DNA of 55,696 nucleotides, the filler included, from Platydemus manokwari (taxonomy: Eukaryota), in NCBI GenBank assembly GCA_037951405.1. It is 4 parts of 4 records of this genome, joined end to end, with 100 filler letters (N's around TTAATTAATTAA, not from the genome) between each part and the next. Parts side by side here need not be neighbours in the genome. Positions count along the whole stretch, not along the records: positions 10,428 to 29,350 come from JBBMOY010177784.1; 3 more parts are not named here. One strand, 5' to 3'. A program made the position numbers and the translations under genes. Each line of letters opens with the position of its first letter. Position 1 is the first letter of the stretch. A model generated the notes under the pieces. The model ran no database searches. It had not been told where the DNA came from and worked only from the letters and a program-made list of their open reading frames with translations. This document shows, piece by piece, positions 15,699-29,450 of the stretch.

Positions 15699-16865
15699 CC
15701 GTAGATTAAGTGTATTAAGACCTACCTGTTTTGCATAAATATTCAGTCTAAAATCCATGGGTTTTAATAGGTGTAGTCAGCAACATAGCTTGTTGGATCA
15801 GCCATTGATGCATGTGATTAGTTAGTTTTCTGTCATTATTCAGCTGCTTCATTATGCTATACAACAAATTGATATTTCAGCTAACAAATTTGTGTGCAAT
15901 TTTTTATCCCAGTAAAATGGCTGAAGGCGAATTTCTTTTACTGCAAGATGCCATTTAAAGTCGTTGAATTTGCCAAACTCAACGGGAATGGAGTTGCAGA
16001 ACGTGAATTTGAACTTCCCCTACTGTCAAGATGATGAAGACATTGTCCAAAGAAAAAGATTATTCGAAGAAGATGCCAAAAGAGAATCAAAATTTGCCAA
16101 AACATGGAGCACAGTGTCCAAAGCTTGAAGTGAAATTGAAAATTTGGATTCTTGAGCACCGTCAAAGAAGAATTGGAGTCTCAACCAAGATGGTCATGCA
16201 GGAGGTTAAGAGAATTGCACAAGCTCAAGATATCACTGACTTTAAAGGAGGCCTTGATGTTACAGAATTAGAAATTATCAGGGTTTGCAAAATAAGAACA
16301 AGAAAAATTTTGTCCCAACAATTGTCTGAAAAAGTCCTATCTTTTCACAAATTTGTCATCAATACCCGGCAACTGTTTAGCTATGAATTTGTCACAGATA
16401 GGCAATACGAATGAAACGCCTTTGAATTTGGATTGTCGTGATAATCACACAACTGATGAGAAATGAACCAAGACAATTCGTACAACAGGTGAGTGAATCT
16501 GATTCAAACTTAGCTCCATCAGGCCTGTTGAAGAAGCCAACAATCTCACAAGTCTACAATGGGTGAAAACGTCATGGGATGTTATCATAAAAGATGTTAT
16601 CGTCAAATAATTTAAGAAAACAGGTATTATTAATAGATTGGATGGCTTTGAAGATGTTGTTATTTTATCCAAAGTGATTCCTCAGACACAGATGATGAGG
16701 ACATTAAAGAATTAGCAACAAAACCGGTTAATCAACACTTGGACACAGGAGATATGTTTGAGAGTGAAGAAGAATTTTATGGTTTCTATGATGAATAAAG
16801 TAATTCAGATTTTTCTAAAATATTTGATATAAAAATGAGGGGGTCTTAATACACGTAATTTACGG
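15699..16865 (+). mobile_element. pogo/Tigger-family DNA transposon, internally deleted and decayed
   Basis: 24-bp TIRs: CCGTAGATTAAGTGTATTAAGACC (15699-15722) versus the reverse complement of 16842-16865, CCGTAAATTACGTGTATTAAGACC, followed by TA. Transposase remnants include FKVVEFAKLNGNGVAEREF, a CENP-B-type HTH (LEVKLKIWILEHRQRRIGVSTKMV), IGNxNETPL and C-terminal WVKTSWDVI..FKKTGIINRLDGFED. Most of the DDE core is missing. Confidence 0.85.
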
Positions 16866-18475
16866 TAATTATTTTAATACTGAGAACTTTATTGAGAACT
16901 TTATTAATTTTGTTTAATATATATAAGAGGAATATGATAAATCTTTAAATTTATTGATTCAAATGATGTACGAAATTGATAACTGGATATAGATTACAAC
17001 TTTTATTGATTTATTTATATCCTGCATATGTTTTTATTTTTAACCAATCTTTAGTCGTGTATTTCAAATATCAAAATAATTGATATCAACAAATAACACA
17101 CACGCACACTGATGTGAGGGAAATATTTTTTCATCAATTACATTCAGCCAGCAATAGTTTCTGATTACCAATAGCAGCACCTGTTATGCAATGTTAAACT
17201 TATTTTCATTTTTGAGTGTATTGAATGGAAATTGATATGTGGGACACTCAAATGTTGTTGTGATGAATGAATAAGTCATTTAATATATTATTATTAATGA
17301 AATTTATATTTCATAGCATGTATTTTTGTTTAATTAAAGGCGATTTCTCTAAAATTTTATCAAATAAAATATTGATCCAGTTTGAAGGGCTGTTTTATCA
17401 AAGATTGTTGTTGAATTACCGTAATTGTCATTATTTTGTGAATCTTAAAACTGTTGATAAATTTAAAATGTTTTTCACAATTGGTTGTTTAGGCTTTATC
17501 CGATTTCAGGACTCTCAAATACATCAAATTTATTTTATCTGTACACAATCTAAGAAAGAATCTTTGTTACCAGAATATTTTTTTTATTTTTTATCTAAAG
17601 CAATTTCTAGGAATTTTTTAATGAAAAATCTTGACCCATTTTGAAATTATTGTTTTTCGGCTTTCAATGAATTTTACGTGATTGATTTCTTGATATACGG
17701 ATTTTGATAATTTAACAAGAGTAATTTATTTTGATGGTTTTCGGTTTTGTTGTTTATCACATAATTTGATGAATTTACATTCAGATCAGTCGATTATTGA
17801 TATTTTGTGAATCATATAATGCCGTTATAACCTGTAAAAGAATTTGTCTCCAGAAATTATATTGATTGAACATTTTTTTCAAATAGTAAAATAGTTATTT
17901 CAGTAAAATCGATTTCATTCCAAATATTTTATTCGTGTGTAATTATAAAAGCTTGGTAATAGGATTTGACAAAATAATAAAATTTCACAATCTTAAAGCC
18001 AGTATACAATGTTTTATGAACGAAATTGACAAAAAATACAAGTAGTGTTTGAAAAGGTTAAAAGTAGATTTATCATTTTTAAAATGTTTCAAATTTTTTA
18101 AATATATTGTGATACTTTATTGTTCCTCATTTTTCATAGGCCAATATAATCAATAAACACTGACGTACATCTTTTGTGGAGAAGCTATGAATGAGGGAGT
18201 TGATTAAATATTGATTATATGAAAGTGCTGGTACATCTCAAATTTGATAAAATCAATGAAAAGATCAATAAAGAAAGTTTAAATTACTCATTAAATATAC
18301 TACTAAATTAAAGTAAATTTATCAAGCTAAAATACTCTTTTTTAATTTATCAGCTTTATAAAACATTATTTCACTGGATTGTAAATGACTTTACCTTGTT
18401 ATTCCATTAAAATTTTATATAAAAATATATTATATAATATAAGAAGTATAAAATGAAATATTTAGAAAAAATTAT

Positions 18476-18673
18476 TCATCTGATATATTTGGCTTTTTTG
18501 CAATGAAAATGATGATGGAATTCATCAGGGAAATTTATTTTTGTTCTAATTTCTTTGGTTAGCTGATAAATTTTATCAATTTTATCGTTACTGCAGAACT
18601 GAGGAAAACTTTTCATAAATTCTGGTAGAATTTCTATTTTTTTGATATATTTTTCAGTCATTTTGTTCCAAAC
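18476..18673 (-). CDS. Possible isolated exon or pseudogene fragment of unknown protein
   Basis: Acceptor-like attcag| followed by an open frame VWNKMTEKYIKKIEILPEFMKSFPQF...KAKYIR*. No recognised motif and no partner exon found. Confidence 0.25.
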   Translation of the reverse strand, partial: VWNKMTEKYIKKIEILPEFMKSFPQFCSNDKIDKIYQLTKEIRTKINFPDEFHHHFHCKKAKYIR

Positions 18674-21600
18674 CTGAATCTCATTCGTGTATTAAAAATG
18701 GCGTTCAAAATTGAATTAAGGGCAAAGGCAATTCATTTTTAGGATATAAATATGCACACAAAATATCGATAGAAGAACAAATTAATATAGTGGTTGATGT
18801 ATTGTTTCACTGAAACGTAAATATCTATAACAATATCTAGTTGAAGCCTAAAATTTATCTAATAATAATTTGATTTTTTAATATTTTTATCGAAAATAAA
18901 TTTATTTAAGCATGTTTTCAAAGATTTTTCAAAATAATAATAATAATAATCACTGACTTGAAAGTAAAATACAGTTGTGCCACAATGTGTGAAGTACGTC
19001 ATGAGTCTCAATTTTAATATAACAGATTTTCACAACGTTTAATAATATTTTTTAATAAAATCAATTCAAATTTGATAATGCGGTCAAATTATCCCTCACG
19101 TGACATTCCAATCAATCTGATTTCAATGAATTGCAAAACAGCATGACTACGGAAGTCACTTATTAAAGAAGGCTTTTGTAGAAACTGCAAATTATAATAA
19201 AAAAATAGAAATATAAAGATCTTAATTAAAAAAATATTCTTAATATCTTCACCAGTAAACATCTCATATCTCGTTATAATTGTATTAAACAGTTTTATTT
19301 ATACTACTTATTAAAACCAGTAATATATCAATCAAGTTGAATATTGAAAGAAACATTTTTCATTTATTTCTTTTTATATATCTACCAATAAATCTCTCGA
19401 TAATACCTAATCTTCGATTGAGGCTTATCATTATTTTAGAAGATTAATTGAACTAATAAAAATCAATAATGACTTTTGAAAGATCTAAATGTGAACTTCT
19501 ATATCTAAGTTCTGAGTAAACATTCTTTTTTAATATAATTTAATTAGAATTGAAGGATAACAATAATATTTTATATATTTTATAAATATTAATAATAATA
19601 TATTATTTTGGAGACAATCGATTTATTTTTATACACAAATTATTTTATCAATAAGATTATCATTTAATCAATAATAATATTGTTGGTTTCAAGCTAAATT
19701 TAATTCATTGTATTATCCATTGAGTTTATTTGAGTCAACGTGGGATTTGTGAAATCAATAAATCAATAAATCGATTATAATTATCAAATTTGTGAACTCA
19801 ATTGATTTGATTTTTAACGGGTCAGATTACGATTTAAATCGACATGATAACGTGTTGAATTTGCTAAAGATTAATAATATCTGAAACGGATATTTGTATT
19901 TATTGATTTGGTTATATTAAAAATAATAATTAATTACCAAAAATCAATAAAAAATTAATAAATTAAAGTAATAGTTTTAGCAAAATATAAAAGATTTAGG
20001 CATCGCCAAGAAATTAAAAAAATTGACGCGTTGTTTCCTCAAATAGAAGCGTGTTAATATTTTATTGATTATTTGATATATGAATAAAGAATAATTTTTA
20101 ATTGATAAATAAAATAAACAAAATAAGAAAATAAATATTACTCATTGAATAAGAGTCTAATTATGAGCAGCCTTTGAAAATGTCGAACTTGTTTAGCTGG
20201 GTATTAAGAGTAAAAATATTCTAGAACCCGTAAAACCCACGGTCCTGATGAAATAAGTTGGTCGTGGTCACAGAAGCACAGTAACAGTGAATTCAATGAA
20301 GAAATATTTTTTCAAAATATTTCCAGAGATATGATTGATACAAATATGTATAAAAATAGATACAATGGTGAATATTGATATTTCTGAAATAAAACTACAT
20401 TTTAAAAGAGGTTTCAATCAATTCTATGAATAAAATTTTTGGAGTCATGTGTTTTGAACTGCATTCCAACATATTGACTAAAACATGGACTATTTAAGAA
20501 TTCATAATTCATTATGTAGTAATCGAAAATTTCATAAAGTAATCTTAGAACAGAAGGCATTCAATATCACATAGATTTAGACGCTAATTGTCTTTGCTGT
20601 GTATCATTAAATATATCGGCAAGGAAATTTCAATAAATTCCATTATTAATGAATCGATCTTTCTAATAATCAAAATAATTTTTCAATAACAAGTTTTATT
20701 ATTCGATACTATAAAATAACAAAACTATTTTTCTCATTCCAAACAATCGATATCTATGCTTGTTAATTCGCTTACTATTACAACTTTATAAAACTGTGTA
20801 TCATGAATAGATTTAGTTTATCAGGCATCACAGCCGATGAAAAATTAGATGAATTTCATCACTGAATGGTTTTGTCTCTTTTTCTCATTAGAAGTCTTTG
20901 CTATCGGAGAAATTAGTGCCTGATTTAAACAAATATCAGATAAGCTTTTATTTCAAACATTCGATATATTTTTTCAGAATAATATCAACAAAAATAACGC
21001 CATATCACAGCAACTTACAAGGTTTGTTGAAATATTTAAAATATCGCTTAATATTTTGTGCCAGAAATTAACGATAAATTGTGCCACTTTTTAACGAATT
21101 TTTTATTGATATTTACATAACGAGGTCGATAATAAATTGATTACGATAATAAGTGATTACTTTAAAGCTGTATTCTTGATCTAATTTAGAAAGATTTTCT
21201 ACACCTTTTCCAAAATTTTAATTTAATTTAAAAAATCTCATTTTCATCCAGATAATTAAAATAATTGACCAGTTTAGAGAATAATTATTTATTCAAAAAC
21301 GCGTTTTATGTAAAGCCTTAACGGTCAAAGTTGTTTTATCAAAATATTAAATTATCCAACAGACATCATTAATGATCTAAAAATTAACAAATAAAAAGTC
21401 AATTCTTTTCGCACACATTACAATAAATTGAATTGTTTATTGATTTATTATTATTATATATTTATCGATATTTGATATTATAAAACCAATGAAATTTAAT
21501 AGTTTAGAAAGATCAAATCTGATTTGATGTTAAAAATATCGAAGGGTTTTACGATTTGGATTAGAAACCATAAAATCAATAAATTACTTAAATACTAAAA

Positions 21601-22886
21601 TAAATCCTGTTAAACGAAAACTTAATAATGGAACATGCAATCAACAAAATCGAAATATCAGTCCCTAAATTTAAATCTTGTGCAGCTGATTTGTCTCTAA
21701 ATTTATAAAATAGTGCTCTCATTATATGGTTACACAACTTTATTTTCTAACAATACAAAATTTATAACGAAACTACTTTAATAAATAGAGATTGTTATTA
21801 TTTTCAGATAGTCACTCAAATTATTCGTCGAGATACAACTTCAATCTTTTCAAACCTATAATTATCACATTTTATCTCAAGTAGTTGAAAGGGGGGAGCA
21901 ATATTTTTATTTCTGTACTTGATTAGTTATTAATATAAAAAAATATTGGCATTCTTAGTTTCAAAGATAGACTTTATTAATTCCCATGGATATGTATCAG
22001 TGTGGGGTATTTTAATTTTATCAATTCAATTTACCTTGTTCTAATAATAGTTATTCAAGTTGTTTTTGTAAAACTAGGATCTAAACACGAATCAATAAAT
22101 ACTGACAAATAATTTTTGTTCTTTTTGAATATTTATTCAGACTAAATGTATCGCGTTTTGCTTGATTATATTCAAATTAATTTAATTTGCAAACCCAATC
22201 TCTCCTTGTCTCGCTGTCATGGTATGAAGGAAACCTTTCAAGATGATATCATTTATCACGAATAAGGCTCATTCGAAACTTAAATAACATTTTATATGAG
22301 ATTCCTTTTCCATTGTTTTTATATAACATCTTAAATTTATAATTAAAATTGTTGGTCATTTTAATAAAGCATCGTGAAAACAAAAATCGGATAAATTTAT
22401 TTTTCAGAATCAACAAGTTAGAGCACTCATCACATCAAAATAAAATTATATTTGAAATCATTTCAGTAAAGCTAGAAGAAGAAAAAATCAACAAAAGCAC
22501 TCACAATGTGTTTTGACTATGTTATCTCAATTATTGAGAATTTCAGTATTGATTCATGATATTATTGGTGCTATATTTTTAATCACATTATTTATTATGA
22601 TTTACACCACAACGTCAATTGTTAATAACTTGATTTTGGAATAATTTTATAAAACAGTTTTATTTTCATGGAATTTTTTGATTCGGTATTTGTACAAATA
22701 CAATGATTCTTCATTATCAATTTGTTTGATATCAGGTTGATCAAGAAAATATTCAAACAATATGACAAGCTATATTTTGACATCAAACGGTTTAAAACAC
22801 AGTAAAATAAATCTACTAATTTATCACATAAATAATGAGTAAAATGTTTTGAAGATAGATGAAGAGAAAAATGTCTTGATACTCAT

Positions 22887-23792
22887 TTAATGACATTCGT
22901 ATTGGTGTTGTTCTTTAGATTTGCAAATGTTACCAATGGATGATTTTTTCCTAACTCTTAAAATATCAGTTAAACAAAATCCAAATAGCTTCAACAATTT
23001 AGTAGCATTTCTTGTAGATCCAGCCAATTTACCTGAACCAATAACACCCCATTGATTCGCAACCATATTTGCAATGAAACTATCAATATCGAATATTGAT
23101 GTTGATAAAACTCCAAAAACCAAATATTTTATACCAATAAATTTATGAAACTCATCGATCGGGTGATAACAAATAAAATAACTTTGACATTTGCCTTCCG
23201 TTAAATATGACACTAGATTATTGGCGACAATTTGAACATCAGATTTGTAGTTATTCATTGAATTTATATGAACCTTGTTCCCCCATACAATTAATCTATT
23301 GGTTTTATATTTAGCACTTGCAGCAGATGTTCCACCTCCGCCAAGAGCTCTAATTGTAATAAGTTCATTCTCACTTTTCTGTGAAATTGTAAAAAAATTA
23401 TTGTTTGCATTTTTGAAAGGACTATTAATTCCCTTAAGTACCTGATATCTTGCATGGGTCGGATTTGAAAACTAAATAAAGAAATAGAAGATATTTAATA
23501 ATAAATGAAATTTCACCAGTGAAGCAAAATTATTATTGAAATATGCTCGAACATATTTACAATCATTATTCGAATCACAAGTCTCTTCGAAAATATAAAA
23601 GTAACATTTCAATGATTTATCATCAAAGTAAAATATTTGACAATTGATAGAGGTGCATTGAATAACACAATCAAACAAATTATTTCCTTTCGTTACACTT
23701 GACTCCTTGAATACGCAAACCATTTTACTCTCAAAATTAAATTGACAATAAATACAAGTTAGATTTGAAATGATCAGAAATAGTTTTATCAT
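22887..23792 (-). CDS. Putative secreted protein, 286 aa: signal peptide + PAN/apple-like + TCAF N-terminal-like domain (copy B); exons 23792-23517 and 23471-22887
   Basis: 45-nt phase-0 intron CTG|gtgaaa...tttag|TTT at the same position as in copy A. Exon lengths are identical (276 + 585 nt) with no indels, and 74 of 92 exon-1 residues are identical to copy A. Confidence 0.88.
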
Positions 23793-24269
23793 TTTAAATG
23801 ATGTTTTAATGTTTGTAAGAGTTTAAATTTGCTGTCAAATTTTTCTTTAATCATTTATTTTCTTGTAAAAATGTCCAATGATTTGTTGGTATGAATACAC
23901 ATGTGTGTTCACTTATCAAATAACGCCTTTGATTATCATTTTTTTATTCTTATTGATTGGCTTCACGTTTGATGGTTTATATGCAGTATATTATGTTTTG
24001 TTGAGGTTCTTGTTCTACTAAATTGTATCGATTAAATATGAAGTAAAAATTATAAGAATAATGCACAACAACCGGTATTTTTCCAAACTATTTTTGCTTA
24101 TTATTTAATATAATTAGCTGAAAGTGTTTATGTTTTAATTTTCATAGTTTTAGTATGTAAAATACAAGGCTAAGGACTGTTTAAAAATAAAGTATTAAAA
24201 TAAAGAAATGAAAGAACACTTGGTGACTTAATATCCCCCGTTTAGATTGGACTTTTAATACAACTGATA

Positions 24270-25720
24270 ATTATCGCTTGAATCAAATTATTTTTATTGA
24301 ACACCGTCTAAAGGGTATCCCTCTTGTAAGATACTAAAGTAAAATAAAAAACTAAAGGAATGTGTTGTGAAAATGAAAATGATTCCATGCATAAATGAAC
24401 TTAAACAACGGAACTTGAAGTCGATAAGAATCGGTACGAAATTGTGAAGAAAAATATGACGTATGTGTCTTCTAGTAGCTTGAATCTAAATTCACTATGC
24501 ATGGTAGATGGAATATGCTCTTAGTGACATCTTTGAGCATTAATATTAACAACAAATTGACGGATATATTTTATACAAAAGATGATCGACAGATAAAGGT
24601 GATAAAATATCAATGTAACCAATGCAAAATGGTGACATCAAAATACATAAATGATACAGTGCATACATCGACGTCAAATACTGTAACTCTATTAAGTCAA
24701 TCAAATATGTTTGCAAGTACCTGGACAAGGCCAGAGACATAGAGCTTTTGGTGTGCTACCAGAAAGAGTTGATGGAACTGTATCCATATACATTCAGTAA
24801 AGCAAAGAGTATCAAGCAGGAATAAATTAAACAACAATTATGCTATATGACAAATTCTTTCTTTAATCGTAAATGAATGACTCCCATCTGTTGTTTATTC
24901 AGCAGTACATCTGGATAATGAACTTTTATGTCAAAATGATCTTTTGTTTAACTTCTTTTGTATTCGGAGGTTTCTACACATGGAATATAGGCAGTAAATC
25001 TTTTCAAGGACGTAAAAGAAGAAGACGATCTGGCGACTTAAAAACTTCTAAAGATAAACTGTATTCCTTGTAGTCAATTAAGAGGACTAGTTTTTTCTTC
25101 CCATTTTGTTGATAAATGTTTCCAGTCGAACGTCTTTACAGGATTTATCCAGGAACTATCAATGCGTTAGGCATTTTACTTTCCACAGTATATGCAAAGT
25201 TGTGCATTGATTGAAAAGCGACGGACACTGTAAAGTATGGATTTATTCAAGAGGCCACATCCAAAATAATTGTGTGAATTATTTGTAATTCTATTGATAA
25301 TCGCTCTTCTTCATCTCAAGCAAAGTTATGAAAAAAAAGTACATGTCTGAAAGTAATTGGCGTAGAATACATGAATATATTCAAACTTTGATAATGATTG
25401 AGGATTAGTGCTTGTATATCAAAAACAAAGTTCTCAATTAATAAAGATTTTCTAAATAAATTAATTCAAGCAACAATTCGATTACAAAATAGTATAATCT
25501 CAATTGTGGCATTTATGGGAAAAACTGTGCTACTGCTCACAGTTGGAACAACTGCTCATTCCGATATGACATTGCCTTTTAATATTCGATTCGTTAAAAT
25601 ATTGACATGCATTTTTTCAAAGACATTCGGCATAATAAAAGTTTTACAGAAATCACCTTTAGTTTGGGACGAATCCATAGGGATGCATAAAATATCATTT
25701 TCACTTTCACATCAGGAAAA
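24270..25720 (+). mobile_element. Degenerate Helitron Rep/helicase fragment
   Basis: Remnant motifs in order: CMVDGICS, HIDVKYCNSIKSIKYVCKYLDKARD (cf. HINVExCxSVKSIKYxxKYxxKGxD), FYTWNIGSKSFQGRK, LLINVSSRTSLQDL, VGTTAHSDMTLPFNI (PIF1 GRTAHS) and LVWDE (Walker B). Many stops and deletions. Confidence 0.85.
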
Positions 25721-27310
25721 CATCAAAATTATATGCAGGGGATTTTAGCCACACATTTCAATAATCTGTATAATATGAGCTTTTTTATTTTATCTAAATG
25801 ATATTAAAATAGCGATGTATTTATTCTAAATTAGATCAAAAATTAAATCCAGTGTTAAAAAAAATCACAAAATATTAAATTAATATGTAATTTTATTTTG
25901 TTTAAACTGAACAGGTATTGATTAAAGCACAGTGATGAAAATACTTAATTTAATTTATTTTGAAAATTTAATAATTTATTATTTTTATTGATTTTTTTAT
26001 TCGAATATCGTTTCAGGAATATTTTTATCAAAATAACCCTTAATTAGAATATTATAAAACGAACATTCAAATCATTTGATCAATCATAAACAAAAGATGT
26101 GCAATCAAGAATAAAAGCAGTCGCACAATATATTGATTTAACTATTCAGAAAGAAAATCCTACGAATTTGTCAAGCTCAAATATCATTTGAGATTATATA
26201 AATGAATATGGAGTGATGAAAGTTTGAAATTGAAAATTGATAAAAACTCTTTTATCTGATATCTGCTGTTGCCATTATGATATGAAACGGACGCCAATTT
26301 TGGTTATAAGCAATGTTGATAAAATTAAATAGAGACTCGACAATTTCCAGATGAAATTTATTTCAATTTTCATCACAAGAGATGCCTGATAAACTTTATC
26401 GATTCATGATAATAGGTTTACAGAATATTGAAGCAGTATTGGAATTGATATTAATGGATTAAATGAAATAATCGGCTTCACAAATGATCGATTTAGCTTC
26501 AATGGTATGGCATAATAACAAGAAATTATGTGAATTGTTTCTATATGTATTGGTTATTGAATTCATGAATGAACTAATCAATATTATGAGCAATATAATG
26601 AATACAAGTTATAACACCGATTGTTAGCTCCAGTAAATATAAAATATAATTCATCACACACTAATTCATCATCGATATGAAAATGGATGTCTCATCCAAT
26701 AGTAACGATTTTAAGAAATTTCGCAATTCAACATTCTGGGTGCAGAATTATTGTAAAAATAAACTATAAAAGAATTCAAGAAAATATCATTTCAGTTATA
26801 AAATATAAAAAATTGATTTAAACTTGTCATATTTAGACGAAAAATATTTTAGCGGCTTCCATTGTGAATTTTCATTGTTTATCAATTAAAAAATCATAAT
26901 TATTGATTAAAACAATTAAAACAAACATCCCATCTAGTAGTGAAGCAACATTGAAATTGCAATAAATCATATTTAGGGATAATCGAGTAGTAATTACAGG
27001 CCGGTAACAATTGATATTAAAAACAGAAAATTCAGAATAAAATTTAAAAATTAATTTTAATCTTGAATTAAGCAGAAAATACTTAAAATGAATGAAATAT
27101 TGATTTGTCAATCTCGATTAGTGTTTTCTTTAGCAAAATTAATTTTTATTCTCTGAACGTAAATCAGAGTTGGTGACACTGTAATGTATAAAGATAACCA
27201 TGACTGAATGATGAAAATATCGTAACAAAATACGAACTGAGCTTTAGTTCAATATCAAGACTTCATCCCATCATTATTAATAAAACTTTTTTGGAGCAGA
27301 TACATTATTA

Positions 27311-27433
27311 CAGGGGTGGCCAACCGTTTGATCGCGATCGACTGTTTGATCTTGAGGCCAACTTTAGTCGGTCGCGTGAGATGTTATTCAAATGAAAAGT
27401 CGATCTTACGAACACAAAAGTTGGCCACCTCTG
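27311..27433. mobile_element. hAT-family MITE (Buster/Charlie type), 123 bp
   Basis: TIRs CAGGGGTGGCCAAC ... GTTGGCCACCTCTG. 8-bp TSD cattatta (27303-27310) / cattattg (27434-27441) with central TA. Confidence 0.85.
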
Positions 27434-29126
27434 CATTATTGGGCATTATATTATTTTATATTTAACAATGTATTCCTAATCTCCATTTTGTGCACAGTGA
27501 AAAATCCAAACATAAAATTTATGTCAATAAATTTATCAATTAAATTATGTTTTGTATTTGTTTTCTCTTTTAAATTATGTATTTTGTGATGGCCAGTTAT
27601 CACCATGTTTTCCAAATATTTTGATCAATTCTTCTCTTAGCAAAAAAAATTTAATTTGAAAATCTTTTTTTATCTTGTTCTTTGATTTGTTTGAAACGCA
27701 ATTGCTATAATATGCCTCGATAACACAATATTTTATTAATCTATTGGTTCTATACTTAACTATTGTTTTGATAAATTAAAGTCAATGGAGGGCAATTATA
27801 TAAAAGATAGCAAAACAATATGCTTAGTATCGGTGGCATCTCTTGACAAACTGTCAAAGCAATCTCTCATATTATTGTTTTAATTACCGTTGATTATCGG
27901 AAATGCCCATGAATATTGTTTATGTAATTCAATACAATTACCATATCTCCTGAGGTAACAGATGTTTGAAAAATACAAAATAGTAGTCTAAAATTTTTTT
28001 GTAATGAAAAATTATTTTGTCTTATCAATAATTTATTAAAATTTCCAGCTCAAACTTTCGGGCGCACAGTTTTGATTTACTGGAATTGCCTCTTTCGGCA
28101 TATGAGTTTGAAAGTAAATTTAATGGAGATTTCAACATTTGAAATTATATCTGCTAACATTTGTAGTCGAATTCTTGAATCGTTGAGAACACAGAGCAAT
28201 ATCAAAATGGAATTGAATGCTTTGTCATGCTTTGAACAAAACATGAAATGTAGCAGTGTTTGGCGGCACGATTTTAAATTTGAAAAGTACAAAATAAAAA
28301 CGACCGATAAGTGTTTTTATTGTGTCCTGTATTGCACATGTAACTAAGTTCGTTTTCTCAACTTTGTGTAAAAGATAAAATACTTTGCTTCATATTTTTC
28401 TCACATTGAAACATTTATTGCTACCAATTTCTTCATTGCTTTGAAACTAGAGATCATATAAATTTCAAGTGGTTTCTGATGGAAACTTGTTAAAAAGAAG
28501 ACAAAGTTGCAAGTGAAAAGGAATAAAGTTCCATGACAAATCCTAATTTTCATAAAAATCTTCAAATAATTTGCAAAGTAATGCTACAAGTCTTACTTTT
28601 GTTATATTAGGAAAAATATTACAATCACTACAAGTATGCCTATATAAAATTAAAAACAACACAGACACCGACGAATAACTATTTATACAAAAATTATAAA
28701 TACAATTCATAATAATTTTAGTCATGACAGAGGAAAATTAGGTGCGCGCAAGACAGGAGTTTCTGTGATTCTTTTTCTACATGAAGTATATCTATCTAGA
28801 TATTGTATTGATTAAAATATGTTTTTGTTTGAATCATTTCTCAACCTCCAGTAGTATGATTTAACAAATATTATTAGGAGAGGACAATCACGAAATGAAT
28901 AATTTTCCAAAAAATTTTTGAAAAACATTATTTTTTAAAATAGAAAATGTAAAGAAAAAATTTATTAACGTTTTGTGAAAATGTTTCAAGATTTTTATGG
29001 CGTTTGCTCAAGATGGTAAATCATAACGCGATCAATTTTTATATTAAATTGGGTGTTTGTTTGGTACAATGAAATCAAAACGATTTTTAAAAATTGAAAA
29101 TTTTTTATCTTAAAGTTTATCAGAGT

Positions 29127-29450
29127 NNNNNNNNNNNNNNNNNNNNNNNNNNNNNNNNNNNNNNNNNNNNNNNNNNNNNNNNNNNNNNNNNNNNNNNNNN
29201 NNNNNNNNNNNNNNNNNNNNNNNNNNNNNNNNNNNNNNNNNNNNNNNNNNNNNNNNNNNNNNNNNNNNNNNNNNNNNNNNNNNNNNNNNNNNNNNNNNNN
29301 NNNNNNNNNNNNNNNNNNNNNNNNNNNNNNNNNNNNNNNNNTTATTATATNNNNNNNNNNNNNNNNNNNNNNNNNNNNNNNNNNNNNNNNNNNNTTAATT
29401 AATTAANNNNNNNNNNNNNNNNNNNNNNNNNNNNNNNNNNNNNNNNNNNN
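29127..29450. other. Sequence gap (215 N), 9-bp islet, then an artificial 100-bp spacer at 29351-29450
   Basis: N-runs; TTAATTAATTAA at 29395-29406 flanked by 44 N on each side. Confidence 0.97.

Noticed and set aside
17267-17830. 125-aa plus-strand ORF and exon-like minus-strand sequence
   Set aside because: The plus ORF has AT-driven F/I/L/K composition with no motif, and the minus frames all have stops.
20160-21020. Possible ancient LINE remnant (GPDEI-like motif)
   Set aside because: Too decayed to find a second convincing RT motif in order.
29094-29402. 102-aa ORF in the track
   Set aside because: Artefact of N-runs and the linker.
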